This document shows, piece by piece, positions 28,311-37,546 of a stretch of DNA of 50,414 nt. The translations under genes and the position numbers were made by a program. The stretch's first letter is position 1. Every line of letters starts with the position of its first letter. The notes below the pieces were generated by a model. It saw nothing but the letters and a program-made list of their open reading frames with translations. It had not been told where the DNA came from and searched no databases. The stretch lies in IMG/VR virus record IMGVR_UViG_2718217859_000006, one strand, 5' to 3'. The DNA comes from a virus (taxonomy: Duplodnaviria > Heunggongvirae > Uroviricota > Caudoviricetes).

Positions 28311-29687
28311 ATGCAGGCTGGTCACCAGAGTGACGCGGATATTTATATTTATGACGAGATTGGTTTCTGGGGTGTTACAGCGAAGCAGTTTATCAGTGAT
28401 CTGAATGCACTGGGCGATATCACCCACATTAATCTCCATATTAATTCACCGGGTGGCGATGTCTTTGAAGGCATCGCCATTTTTAATGCGCTGAAAACAC
28501 ATGGTGCGTCCATTACCGTTTATGTCGACGGTGTGGCGGCGTCAATGGCGTCGGTCATTGCGATGGTGGGAAACCCGGTCATTATGCCGGAAAACTCCTT
28601 CATGATGATTCATAAACCATTTGGATTTACGGGCGGTGATGCGGAGGACATGCGCACCTATGCCGACCTGCTCGATAAAGTTGAGGCGGTTCTGTTACCC
28701 GCTTATGCACAGAAAACCGGGAAAACCACCGATGAAATTACTGCCATGCTGGCGGATGAGACCTGGATGTCCGGTGCCGAATGTCTGGCACAGGGATTTG
28801 CTGATCAGGTGACACCAGCCGTTAAGGCAATGGCATGTATTCAGTCAAAACGTACAGAGGAATTTAAAAAGATGCCGGAATCCATTCGAAACATGATTAC
28901 TCCGCCACGCAACAGTGCTCCACGCGTACAGGATGATGAACCTGCAGCCTCCCGGACGCCAGTGCAGGCAGCAGCACCCGTGGTGGATGAAAACAGTATC
29001 CGTGCGCAGGTACTGGCAGAGCAAAAAGTGCGTGTAAACGGTATTAATGATCTGTTTGCCATGTTTGGCGGGCGTTATCAGACGCTGCAGGCCCAGTGTC
29101 TTGCCGATCCTGAATGTTCGCTGGAGCAGGCCCGTGAAAAGCTGTTGAACGAGATGGGGCGCGAGTCCACGCCATCCAATAAAAATACCCCGGCTCATAT
29201 TTATGCCGGTAACGGTAATTTTGTGGGGGAAGGGATTCGCCAGGCGCTGATGGCGCGTGCCGGATTTGAAAAAACCGAACGTGATAATGTCTACAACGGG
29301 ATGACCCTGCGTGAATATGCCCGTATGTCACTAACTGAACGGGGTATTGGGGTTTCCGGTTATAACCCGATGCAGATGGTCGGTGCGGCGTTCACACACA
29401 GTACGTCTGACTTCGGTAATATTCTGCTGGATGTTGCGAACAAAGCCATTCTGCAGGGCTGGGAAGATGCCCCTGAAACCTATGAACAGTGGACGCGGAA
29501 AGGTCAGTTGTCTGATTTTAAAATTGCCCATCGTGTGGGTATGGGGGCTTCAGTGCTCTGCGTCAGGTGCGTGAAGGGGCGGAATATAAATACGTCACCA
29601 CCGGAGATAAACAGGCCACTATTGCACTGGCGACCTATGGCGAGCTGTTCAGTATCACCCGTCAGGCCATTATCAATGATGATCTGA
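28311..29687 (+). CDS. Head maturation protease (ClpP/S49-like) fused to the N-terminal part of the major capsid protein; frame breaks near 29543-29547
   Basis: ClpP-like core (INSPGGDVFEG...MASVIAMVGN...MIHKP) then scaffold/capsid-like sequence; reading frame degenerates after a G5 run and the product continues in another frame. Confidence 0.7.
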   Translation: MQAGHQSDADIYIYDEIGFWGVTAKQFISDLNALGDITHINLHINSPGGDVFEGIAIFNALKTHGASITVYVDGVAASMASVIAMVGNPVIMPENSFMMIHKPFGFTGGDAEDMRTYADLLDKVEAVLLPAYAQKTGKTTDEITAMLADETWMSGAECLAQGFADQVTPAVKAMACIQSKRTEEFKKMPESIRNMITPPRNSAPRVQDDEPAASRTPVQAAAPVVDENSIRAQVLAEQKVRVNGINDLFAMFGGRYQTLQAQCLADPECSLEQAREKLLNEMGRESTPSNKNTPAHIYAGNGNFVGEGIRQALMARAGFEKTERDNVYNGMTLREYARMSLTERGIGVSGYNPMQMVGAAFTHSTSDFGNILLDVANKAILQGWEDAPETYEQWTRKGQLSDFKIAHRVGMGASVLCVRCVKGRNINTSPPEINRPLLHWRPMASCSVSPVRPLSMMI

Positions 29688-30268
29688 ATATGCTGACCGA
29701 TGTCCCGATGAAACTGGGCCGTGCAGCGAAATCCACTATTGCCGATCTGGTTTATGCCATTCTGACGTCTAACCCGAAAATCTCCACAGATAATGTAAGT
29801 CTGTTCGATAAAGCGAAACATGCAAACGTACTGGAGAGCGCTGCAATGGACGTGGCATCGCTGGATAAAGCCCGCCAGTTGATGCGCGTTCAGAAAGAGG
29901 GGGAGCGTCATCTGAATATTCGTCCTGCGTTCGTACTGGTACCGACGGCGATGGAGTCTGTTGCTAACCAGGTCATTCGCTCCTCAAGTGTCAAGGGGGC
30001 TGACATTAACGCCGGTATTATTAACCCGGTGAAAGATTTTGCGACCGTTATTGCAGAGCCTCGTCTTGATGATAACAGCCAGACCACCTTCTACCTGGCT
30101 GCGTCAAAAGGCTCCGATACGATTGAAGTGGCTTATCTCAACGGTGTGGATACGCCATATATTGATCAGATGGAGGGCTTCAGTGTGGATGGCGTGACAA
30201 CGAAAGTGCGTATTGACGCCGGTGTCGCGCCAGTTGATCACCGCGGTCTGGTGAAATGTACGGCGTAA
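29567..30268 (+). CDS. Major capsid protein, C-terminal portion (continuation of the previous gene after a 1-nt frameshift)
   Basis: Frame is open from about 29518; the two frames splice through a GGGGG run to give a continuous protease-capsid fusion. Confidence 0.65.
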   Translation: MREGAEYKYVTTGDKQATIALATYGELFSITRQAIINDDLNMLTDVPMKLGRAAKSTIADLVYAILTSNPKISTDNVSLFDKAKHANVLESAAMDVASLDKARQLMRVQKEGERHLNIRPAFVLVPTAMESVANQVIRSSSVKGADINAGIINPVKDFATVIAEPRLDDNSQTTFYLAASKGSDTIEVAYLNGVDTPYIDQMEGFSVDGVTTKVRIDAGVAPVDHRGLVKCTA

Positions 30269-30354
30269 ACGTCGCAGACAACAACTCTGATGGCCCGTAA
30301 GGGCTTTTTTTGTACCTGAAATCAGCCCCTGAACGGGGCTGTGCGGAGACAGTT

Positions 30355-30678
30355 ATGGCAAAGAATTTTGTAGAAGAAGGAAAAACGGTGGCGATTGTTG
30401 CCAGTGCAGCCATCTGCAGCGGAGAACTGGTGCAGGTGGGCGATGTTTTTGCGGTGGCGCTGACCGATATTCCACAGGGTGAAACAGGCGACGGCATGAC
30501 CGAAGGTGTGTTTATGCTGCCTAAGCTGAAAACGGATGACATGAAAACGGGTAAGAAGGTTTATCTGAAGTCCGGAAAAGTTCAGCTGACTAACAGCGGC
30601 TCTGATCCGCTGGTCGGGGTTGTCTGGGCAGATGCCGGAACCAGTGCAGAAGAAGTGCCGGTAAAACTCAATGTCTGA
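30355..30678 (+). CDS. Small phage head protein (possible decoration/head-completion protein)
   Basis: 107 aa from Met; position immediately after the capsid gene. Confidence 0.5.
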   Translation: MAKNFVEEGKTVAIVASAAICSGELVQVGDVFAVALTDIPQGETGDGMTEGVFMLPKLKTDDMKTGKKVYLKSGKVQLTNSGSDPLVGVVWADAGTSAEEVPVKLNV

Positions 30679-30946
30679 TCCCTTTTCCCGGCTGGCAGCG
30701 CGTATGGATGCTATCACGGTTAGAAAGATGGGAAAGACAGCCTCGATTAATGATGTCGATATGACTGTGATCCCGGGAGAAACACTGGCAGAGCTGAATG
30801 CTCTGTCCGGACCTGCGGTCTCTCTGGTGGTGTTTTCTTCGGGATACCGCCCACGGCGCGGGGATCGCGTTGTTTATGACGGACAACAATGGACGGTCAC
30901 ACGGCATGAACGCTTTAACGGTAAGCCAATGATCTTTATTGAGTAA
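30671..30946 (+). CDS. Head-tail adaptor/joining protein
   Basis: 91-aa ORF in the head-tail connector position. Confidence 0.55.
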   Translation: MSDPFSRLAARMDAITVRKMGKTASINDVDMTVIPGETLAELNALSGPAVSLVVFSSGYRPRRGDRVVYDGQQWTVTRHERFNGKPMIFIE

Positions 30947-30957
30947 AGAGGTGTGGG

Positions 30958-31536
30958 ATGAAGGGGCTTGAGAATGCCATCCGCAATCTGAACAGCCTTG
31001 ATACCCGTATGGTGCCACAGGCCAGCGCATGGGCGATAAACCGTGTGGCACAGAAAGCGGTCTCGGTTACCACCCGGCAGGTTGCCGGGAATACCGTTGC
31101 GGGAGATAACCAGGTGAAAGGGATCCCCCTGAAACTGGTACGTCAGCGTGTCCGGGTGTTTAAAGCCAGTCCGTCAGGAAAAATGACGGCCAGGATCCGC
31201 GTTAACCGGGGCAATCTGCCTGCCATTAAGCTGGGGACAGCCCGGGTCAGACTGGCCCGGCGTGGTGGAAAACTGCAGTACCGTGGCAGTGTGCTGAAGG
31301 TGGGTAAATATCTTTTCCGGGATGCGTTTATTCAGCAACTGGCGAATGGTCGCTGGCATGTGATGCGGCGTATTGATGGCAAAAATCGTTACCCCATTGA
31401 TGTGGTGAAAATCCCGCTGTCCGGACAGCTGACACAGGCATTTGAAGATGCCCGCGACCGCATCATTGCTGCGGAAATGCCGAAACAGCTGGGGTATGCA
31501 CTGAAACAACAACTGAGGTTATGGCTGACCCGATGA
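30958..31536 (+). CDS. Tail completion protein (lambda Z-like)
   Basis: 192 aa, the same length as lambda Z as recalled; position before the U-like gene. Confidence 0.6.
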   Translation: MKGLENAIRNLNSLDTRMVPQASAWAINRVAQKAVSVTTRQVAGNTVAGDNQVKGIPLKLVRQRVRVFKASPSGKMTARIRVNRGNLPAIKLGTARVRLARRGGKLQYRGSVLKVGKYLFRDAFIQQLANGRWHVMRRIDGKNRYPIDVVKIPLSGQLTQAFEDARDRIIAAEMPKQLGYALKQQLRLWLTR

Positions 31537-31934
31537 ACCGACATACACAAATCCGCCAGGTCGTACTGGCACGCCTTCGGGAACAGTGTAGAGACAGCGC
31601 CACGTTTTTTGACGGGCTTCCGGCATTTGTTGATGCGCAGGAACTGCCTGCCGTGGCGGTGTGGCTGAGTGATGCTCAGTACACCGGAAAAATGACGGAT
31701 GAAGATGACTGGCAGGCTGTTCTGCATATTGCTGTCTTCATCCGGGCACAGGCACCGGATTCAGAGCTGGATATGTGGATGGAGAGCACCATTTTCCCGG
31801 CCCTGAATGATGTACCAGCACTTTCCGGACTCATCGACACCCTGATCCCACTCGGTTTTAACTATCAACGTGATAATGAGATGGCCACCTGGGCGATGGC
31901 GGAAATCACGTACCAGATCACGTACACGAATTAA
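31521..31934 (+). CDS. Tail terminator protein (lambda U-like)
   Basis: 137 aa, immediately upstream of the major tail protein. Confidence 0.7.
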   Translation: MADPMNRHTQIRQVVLARLREQCRDSATFFDGLPAFVDAQELPAVAVWLSDAQYTGKMTDEDDWQAVLHIAVFIRAQAPDSELDMWMESTIFPALNDVPALSGLIDTLIPLGFNYQRDNEMATWAMAEITYQITYTN

Positions 31935-31944
31935 GGAGGTGGTA

Positions 31945-32688
31945 ATGACCACACCAAATCCACTGGCAAAAACGAAAGGTGCGGGAACGACGTTCTGGAT
32001 GTATACCGGCAAGGGCGATGCGTTTGCGAACCCTTTATCGGACACTGACTGGCTGCGTCTTGCGATGGTGAAGGATCTGCAACCTGGCGAAATGACCGCT
32101 GATGCAGAAGATGACACTTATCTCGATGATGAAGATGCAGACTGGAAAACGACAACCCAGGGGCAGAAATCCGTTGGTGATACTTCGGCGACGCTGGCCT
32201 GGCGTCCGGGTGACAGCGGGCAGAAAAAACTGGTTCAGTTGTTCGACTCCGGTGAAGTCTGCGCGTTTCGTATCAAATATCCCAACAGCACTGTTGATGT
32301 TTTCCGTGGCTGGTTGAGCTCACTGGGTAAAACCATTGCCTCAAAAGACGTGATGACCCGCACTGTGAAAATCAGCGGTGTGGGGCGTCCGTATCTGGCA
32401 GAGGAAGGCACTGAAACCGTGAGCGTTACCGGGCTGACAGTATCACCGGCATCTGCCAGTGTAAAAGTGGGAGCAACCACCACGCTGACCTTTACAGTAA
32501 AACCTGACGGAGCCAGTGACAAAGCGATCAGTGTGCATTCGTCAGATCCACAGACTGCCACGGTTACCCTGAACGGACTTGTGGCCACGGTAAAAGGCGT
32601 GAAGCAGGGCAGTGTCAGCATTGTGGGCATGACCGCTGACGGGAATTTTGTGGCTGTGGCTGCGGTGACTGTCAGCGCAGCAGGTTAA
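31945..32688 (+). CDS. Major tail protein V with C-terminal Ig-like (Big_2) domain
   Basis: 247 aa from ATG with AAGGAGG SD; C-terminal TVSPASASVKVGATTTLTFTVKPDGASDKAISVHSSDPQTATV is a Big_2-type fold. Confidence 0.85.
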   Translation: MTTPNPLAKTKGAGTTFWMYTGKGDAFANPLSDTDWLRLAMVKDLQPGEMTADAEDDTYLDDEDADWKTTTQGQKSVGDTSATLAWRPGDSGQKKLVQLFDSGEVCAFRIKYPNSTVDVFRGWLSSLGKTIASKDVMTRTVKISGVGRPYLAEEGTETVSVTGLTVSPASASVKVGATTTLTFTVKPDGASDKAISVHSSDPQTATVTLNGLVATVKGVKQGSVSIVGMTADGNFVAVAAVTVSAAG

Positions 32689-32708
32689 CAGGACGATACT
32701 CATCATTT

Positions 32709-32733
32709 GCCCCGGTTATTCGGGGCTTTTTTG
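32709..32733 (+). terminator. Hairpin with T-tract between V and G (possible attenuator)
   Basis: GCCCCGGTTATTCGGGGC followed by TTTTTTG, 20 nt after the V stop. Confidence 0.5.
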
Positions 32734-32745
32734 CAGGTGGAGAAC

Positions 32746-33135
32746 ATGATGTTTCTGAAACAGGACACGTTTAATTATGAAAAACAGTCCGTAGTGCTCA
32801 GTGAGCTGTCCGGGCTGCAGAGAATTGAATATCTGACGTTTGTTCAGCAGCGAACGGCAAAGTTTGATGCCGGGGAGGGAGAACTGCCGGAGGCTGAACG
32901 ACAGATTGCTTTTCTGCGGATGGGGATGGATATCAATGCCTGGCTGGTTTCCCGCTCACTGTGGAATGCGGAACAGTCTCAGGATGTTGAGACGCTTTAC
33001 GCATCCGTTATTACAACATGGTCGTATGATGCCCTGGGGGCGGGGGCGGAGATGGTTCTGTCGCTGAGCGGTATGGGGGCCATTGATAATGCCGGGGATT
33101 TGGAGCATGAGGTGCTGACGCCGGAAAAGTCCTGA
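32746..33135 (+). CDS. Tail assembly chaperone G
   Basis: About 130 aa; position between V and the tape-measure gene; followed by an overlapping -1 frame ORF (T). Confidence 0.8.
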   Translation: MMFLKQDTFNYEKQSVVLSELSGLQRIEYLTFVQQRTAKFDAGEGELPEAERQIAFLRMGMDINAWLVSRSLWNAEQSQDVETLYASVITTWSYDALGAGAEMVLSLSGMGAIDNAGDLEHEVLTPEKS

Positions 33136-33143
33136 CGCGGGAA

Positions 33144-33473
33144 ATGCAGTTTGTCATGCGGCTTGCCCGGGAGTTCCGGCGGGCAGACTGGCGGCGGATG
33201 CTGTCGGAAATGTCGGCCACTGAGCTTGGTGAGTGGGGCGATTATTTCCGGATGCAGAGCTTCAGTGATGTGTGGATGGATGCGCAGTTTGCCTCGCTGA
33301 AGGCATTGATCGTGAGAATGGTGTCCGGCAGCAGTGATGCTGCGGTGGCTGATTTCAGCCTTTTACCGGAAGAGAACGGGATACCGGAGCGAACGGACGA
33401 AGAACTGATGCATCTTGGGGAAGGTATTTCCGGAGGTGTGCGTTATGGACCAGATAGCCAACCTGGTCATTGA
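33144..33473 (+). CDS. Tail assembly protein T segment (expected to be made as a G-T fusion by -1 frameshift)
   Basis: The -1 frame is open across the G stop; conserved G/GT arrangement of long-tailed phages; T overlaps the H start. Confidence 0.7.
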   Translation: MQFVMRLAREFRRADWRRMLSEMSATELGEWGDYFRMQSFSDVWMDAQFASLKALIVRMVSGSSDAAVADFSLLPEENGIPERTDEELMHLGEGISGGVRYGPDSQPGH

Positions 33474-36183
33474 TTTGGGGATTGATGCGGCAGAGTTTAA
33501 AAATGAAATTCCCCGTATCAAAAACCTTCTGAATGGTGCAGCCAGCGATGCAGAACGGTCTTCTGCCCGTATGCAGCGTTTTATGGAGCGTCAGACTCAG
33601 GCCGCCCGGCAGACAACGCAGGCGGCGTCTTCGGCTGCAACAGCCGCATCCGTCCATGCGCAGACGGTGGAGAAGAACGCACAGGCTCATGAACGCATGG
33701 CCCGCGAGGTGGAGAAAACCCGCCAGCGTATGGAGGCACTGAGCCAGAAAATGCGCGAGGAACAGGCGCAGGCCATGGCTCTGGCGGAGGCTCAGGATAA
33801 AGCAGCTGCTGCGTTTTATCGTCAGATTGACAGTGTGAAACAGGCCAGTGCGGGGCTGCAGGAATTACAGCGTATTCAGCAGCAGATCCGACAGGCCAGA
33901 AACAGTGGCGGGATTGGTCAGCAGGATTATCTGGCGCTGATTTCTGAGGTTACGGCGAAAACCCGTGTTCTTACGCAGGCTGAGGAAGAGGCTACCCGAC
34001 AGAAAGTGGCGTTTATCCGTCAGCTTAAAGAGCAGGCAACCCGCCAGAATCTTTCTTCTTCTGAGTTGCTTCGTGCTAAGGCTGCCCAGCTGGGGGTAAG
34101 CAGTGCTGCAGAAGTGTATATCCGCAAAATGGAGCAGGCAGGAAAAGCCACGCATTCGCTGGGTCTGAAAAGTGCAGCGGCCCGCCAGGAGATAGGCGTT
34201 CTGATAGGTGAACTGGCCCGCGGCAATTTAGGGGCGCTGAGGGGATCCGGGATAACGCTGGCTAACCGTGCCGGATGGATAGACACTCTGATGTCACCGA
34301 AAGGCATGATGCTTGGCGGGGTTATTGGCGGTATTTCCGCGTCCGTCTATGGTCTGGGTAAAGCCTGGTATGACGGTCAGAAGGAGGGGGAAGAATTTAA
34401 CCGCCAGTTGTCGCTGACGGGGCATTATGCCGGAGTCACTGCCGGGCAGCTGTGGACGCTCAGTCGTGCTATTTCCGGGAATGGTATCACGCAACATGCT
34501 GCAGCCGGTGCGCTGGCTCAGGTGGTGGGGAGTGGTGCATTTCGTGGAAACGATATCGGTATGGTGGCGAGAGCTGCCGCACAGATGGAGCGATCGGTTG
34601 GCCAGTCGGTCAGCGATACCATAAATCAGTTTAAGCGGCTGAAGGATGATCCTGTAAATGCCGCGAAGGCTCTGGACAATGAGCTGCATTTTCTTACTGC
34701 CACTCAGCTTGAGCAGATACGTGTCCTTGGGGATCAGGGACGGTCCAGTGATGCTGCACGGATAGCCATGTCTGCACTGGCAGAGGAAACCGGTCGGCGT
34801 ACTGCGGATATTGATAATAACCTCAATGCGCTTGGCAGTACGCTGAAGTATCTGTCTGATTTGTGGAGTCGTTTCTGGGATGCGGCCATGAATATTGGTC
34901 GTGAAGACTCGCTGGATGAACAGATTGCCGCTTTACAGGAGAAAGTGTCGCGGGCGAAAAGACTCCCCTGGACGGCATCATCTTCTCAGGTTGAATACGA
35001 TCAGCAGCGTCTTAACGATCTTCAGGAGAAAAAACGCCAGAAGGATTTGCAGGATGCAAAAGAGCAGGCAGAGCGGAATTATCAGGAGCAACAGAAACGA
35101 CGTAATGCTGAAAATGCTGCACTGAACCGGATGAATGAAACGGAAGCAGCACGACATCAGCGTGAAATTGCGCGTATTAATTCCATGCAGTACGCCGATC
35201 AGGCTGTCAGGGATGCAGCGATACAACGTGAAAATGAACGTTACGAGAAAGCCCTGGCATCCGGTAAGAAAAAAACACGCGAAACCCGTAATGATGAGGC
35301 CACCAGGTTATTGCTGCAGTACAGTCAGCAACAGGCACAGGTTGAAGGACAGATTGCTGCTGCAAGACAGTCAGCAGGCATTGCCACTGAAAAGATGACA
35401 GAAGCGCATAAACAGCTTCTGGCTCTGCAGCAGCGCATCAGCGATCTGGACGGGAAAAAACTGACGGCAGATGAAAAGAGTGTGCTGGCCCGTAAAGATG
35501 AACTGATTCAGGCACTGACGCTGCTGGATGTAAAACAGCAGGAGCTTCAGAAACAGACGGCACTCAACGATCTGAAGAAAAAAACAATTCAGCTGACCAG
35601 TCAACTGGCTGAAGAAGAGCGCGCTCAGCGTCAGCAACATGACCTGGATATCGCCACGGTGGGTATGGGTGATCAGCAGCGGCAGCGATATCAGGTACAA
35701 CTGAGTCTTCGCCAGAAATACCAGCAACAGCTGGAGCAGTTGAGGCGGGATAGTGAGCAGAAAGGGACATATAACACGGATGACTACAGAAAGGCCGAGC
35801 AGGCGCTGACGGAGAGCCTGAACCGACAACTGAATGAGAATCGCCGTTACTGGCAACAGCTTGAAGTTGTGCAGGGTAACTGGAAAAACGGAGTCCTGCG
35901 TGCATTTCAGGATTTTACCGTGGATGCAGACAATACGGCAGGAACAGCAGAACAGGTGTTCTCGTCAGCCTTCAGCAACATGGGAAATGGCCTGGCAACT
36001 TTTGTCACTACCGGCAAACTCAACTTCAAATCCTTCACCTCTTCGGTGCTGTCAGATATGGCGAAAATCCTGGCGCAGGCAACCATGATGAAATCGATAA
36101 AAGGGATTGGCAGTGTACTGGGATTTGATCTCAGCAGCCTTTCCCTGAATGCCAATGGGGGATTTATCAGTCTGCTGATTTGA
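33445..36183 (+). CDS. Tail tape-measure protein H (frame breaks near the 3' end)
   Basis: 912 aa from ATG with GGAGG SD; long coiled-coil, Ala/Gln-rich; the conserved C-terminal motif GEAGPEAILPL sits in the next ORF in a different frame. Confidence 0.85.
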   Translation: MDQIANLVIDLGIDAAEFKNEIPRIKNLLNGAASDAERSSARMQRFMERQTQAARQTTQAASSAATAASVHAQTVEKNAQAHERMAREVEKTRQRMEALSQKMREEQAQAMALAEAQDKAAAAFYRQIDSVKQASAGLQELQRIQQQIRQARNSGGIGQQDYLALISEVTAKTRVLTQAEEEATRQKVAFIRQLKEQATRQNLSSSELLRAKAAQLGVSSAAEVYIRKMEQAGKATHSLGLKSAAARQEIGVLIGELARGNLGALRGSGITLANRAGWIDTLMSPKGMMLGGVIGGISASVYGLGKAWYDGQKEGEEFNRQLSLTGHYAGVTAGQLWTLSRAISGNGITQHAAAGALAQVVGSGAFRGNDIGMVARAAAQMERSVGQSVSDTINQFKRLKDDPVNAAKALDNELHFLTATQLEQIRVLGDQGRSSDAARIAMSALAEETGRRTADIDNNLNALGSTLKYLSDLWSRFWDAAMNIGREDSLDEQIAALQEKVSRAKRLPWTASSSQVEYDQQRLNDLQEKKRQKDLQDAKEQAERNYQEQQKRRNAENAALNRMNETEAARHQREIARINSMQYADQAVRDAAIQRENERYEKALASGKKKTRETRNDEATRLLLQYSQQQAQVEGQIAAARQSAGIATEKMTEAHKQLLALQQRISDLDGKKLTADEKSVLARKDELIQALTLLDVKQQELQKQTALNDLKKKTIQLTSQLAEEERAQRQQHDLDIATVGMGDQQRQRYQVQLSLRQKYQQQLEQLRRDSEQKGTYNTDDYRKAEQALTESLNRQLNENRRYWQQLEVVQGNWKNGVLRAFQDFTVDADNTAGTAEQVFSSAFSNMGNGLATFVTTGKLNFKSFTSSVLSDMAKILAQATMMKSIKGIGSVLGFDLSSLSLNANGGFISLLI

Positions 36184-36509
36184 GTCGTTACAGTGGCACG
36201 GTGGTTAACCGTCCGACGTTTTTTGCTTTTGCAAAAGGCGCGGGTGTGATGGGGGAAGCTGGACCTGAAGCCATTCTGCCACTGCGTCGTGGTGCTGACG
36301 GTAAGCTGGGGGTTGTGGCGGATATTGGTGGTTCAGGTATGGCGATGTTTGCCCCGCAGTACAACATCGAGATCAATAACGATGGCACGAACGGGCAGAT
36401 AGGTCCGGCTGCCCTGAAGGTGGTTTATGACCTTGGGAAAAAAGCGGCAGCGGACTTTATGCAACAGCAGGCCCGTGATGGTGGTCGGTTAAGTGGAGCA
36501 TATCGGTAA
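36180..36509 (+). CDS. Tape-measure protein C-terminal segment, separated from H by a 1-nt frameshift
   Basis: Contains TVVNRPTFFAFAKGAGVMGEAGPEAILPL; its frame is open upstream through the last ~10 codons of H; frames splice through a GGGGG run at about 36157-36161. Confidence 0.65.
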   Translation: MSRYSGTVVNRPTFFAFAKGAGVMGEAGPEAILPLRRGADGKLGVVADIGGSGMAMFAPQYNIEINNDGTNGQIGPAALKVVYDLGKKAAADFMQQQARDGGRLSGAYR

Positions 36510-36838
36510 TGGAGACGTTTCACTGGAAAGTGCGCCCGGATATGAATGTGGTATCAGAGCCGAAAGTGGTGACAGTGAAGCTGGGCGATGGTTATGAACA
36601 GCGTCGTGCGGCGGGACTGAATAACCAGTTGTCGACTTACAGCGTGACGATACGTGTTCGTAAATGTGAACACCCATCTTTAAAAGCCTTTCTGGAACGG
36701 CACGGTGGCGTCCGCGCATTTCAGTGGACGCCACCTTATGACTGGAAGCCGATCAGGGTGGTTTGTCGTAAATGGTCGGCAAGCGTGGGGGCGTTGTGGG
36801 TAACCATAACGGCAGATTTTGAACAGGTCGTGGCATAG
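36509..36838 (+). CDS. Minor tail protein M
   Basis: 109 aa, the same length and position as lambda M. Confidence 0.85.
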   Translation: METFHWKVRPDMNVVSEPKVVTVKLGDGYEQRRAAGLNNQLSTYSVTIRVRKCEHPSLKAFLERHGGVRAFQWTPPYDWKPIRVVCRKWSASVGALWVTITADFEQVVA

Positions 36839-36847
36839 GAGTCTCTG

Positions 36848-37546
36848 ATGCAGGATATTCCACAGGAAACACATCATGAGACGACACGCCTCACTCAGTC
36901 AGCCCAGGTGGTGCTCTGGGAAATCGATCTGACAGTGGTCGGTGGAGAACGTTATTTTTTCTGTAATGAGCAGAACGAAAAAGGTGAGCCGGTCACCTGG
37001 CAGGGGCGACAGTATCAGGCGTATCCCATTCAGGGGACGGGATTTGAACTGAACGGCAAGGGCAGTGCTGCCCGTCCGACACTGACGGTTTCTAACCTGC
37101 ACGGCATGGTCACCGGGATGGCGGAAGATCTGCAGAGTCTGGTCGGAGGAACGGTGGTCCGGCGTAAGGTTTACGCCCGTTTTCTGGATGCGGTGAACTT
37201 CGTCAACGGAAACAGTGACGCCGATCCGGAGCAGGAGGTGATCAGCCGCTGGCGCATCGAGCAGTGCAGCGAACTGAGCGCGGTGAGTGCCTCTTTTGTA
37301 CTGTCCACGCCGACGGAAACGGACGGTGCCGTTTTTCCGGGACGTATCATGCTGGCCAACACCTGCACCTGGACCTATCGCGGTGATGAGTGCGGTTATC
37401 ACGGTCCGGCGGTCGCGGATGAATATGATCAGCCGACGTCCGATATCACGAAGGATAAATGCAGCAAATGCCTGAGCGGCTGTAAGTTTCGCAATAACGT
37501 CGGCAACTTTGGCGGCTTCCTTTCCATTAACAAACTTTCACAGTGA
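36848..37546 (+). CDS. Minor tail protein L
   Basis: 232 aa, the same length and position as lambda L; C-terminal Cys cluster. Confidence 0.85.
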   Translation: MQDIPQETHHETTRLTQSAQVVLWEIDLTVVGGERYFFCNEQNEKGEPVTWQGRQYQAYPIQGTGFELNGKGSAARPTLTVSNLHGMVTGMAEDLQSLVGGTVVRRKVYARFLDAVNFVNGNSDADPEQEVISRWRIEQCSELSAVSASFVLSTPTETDGAVFPGRIMLANTCTWTYRGDECGYHGPAVADEYDQPTSDITKDKCSKCLSGCKFRNNVGNFGGFLSINKLSQ

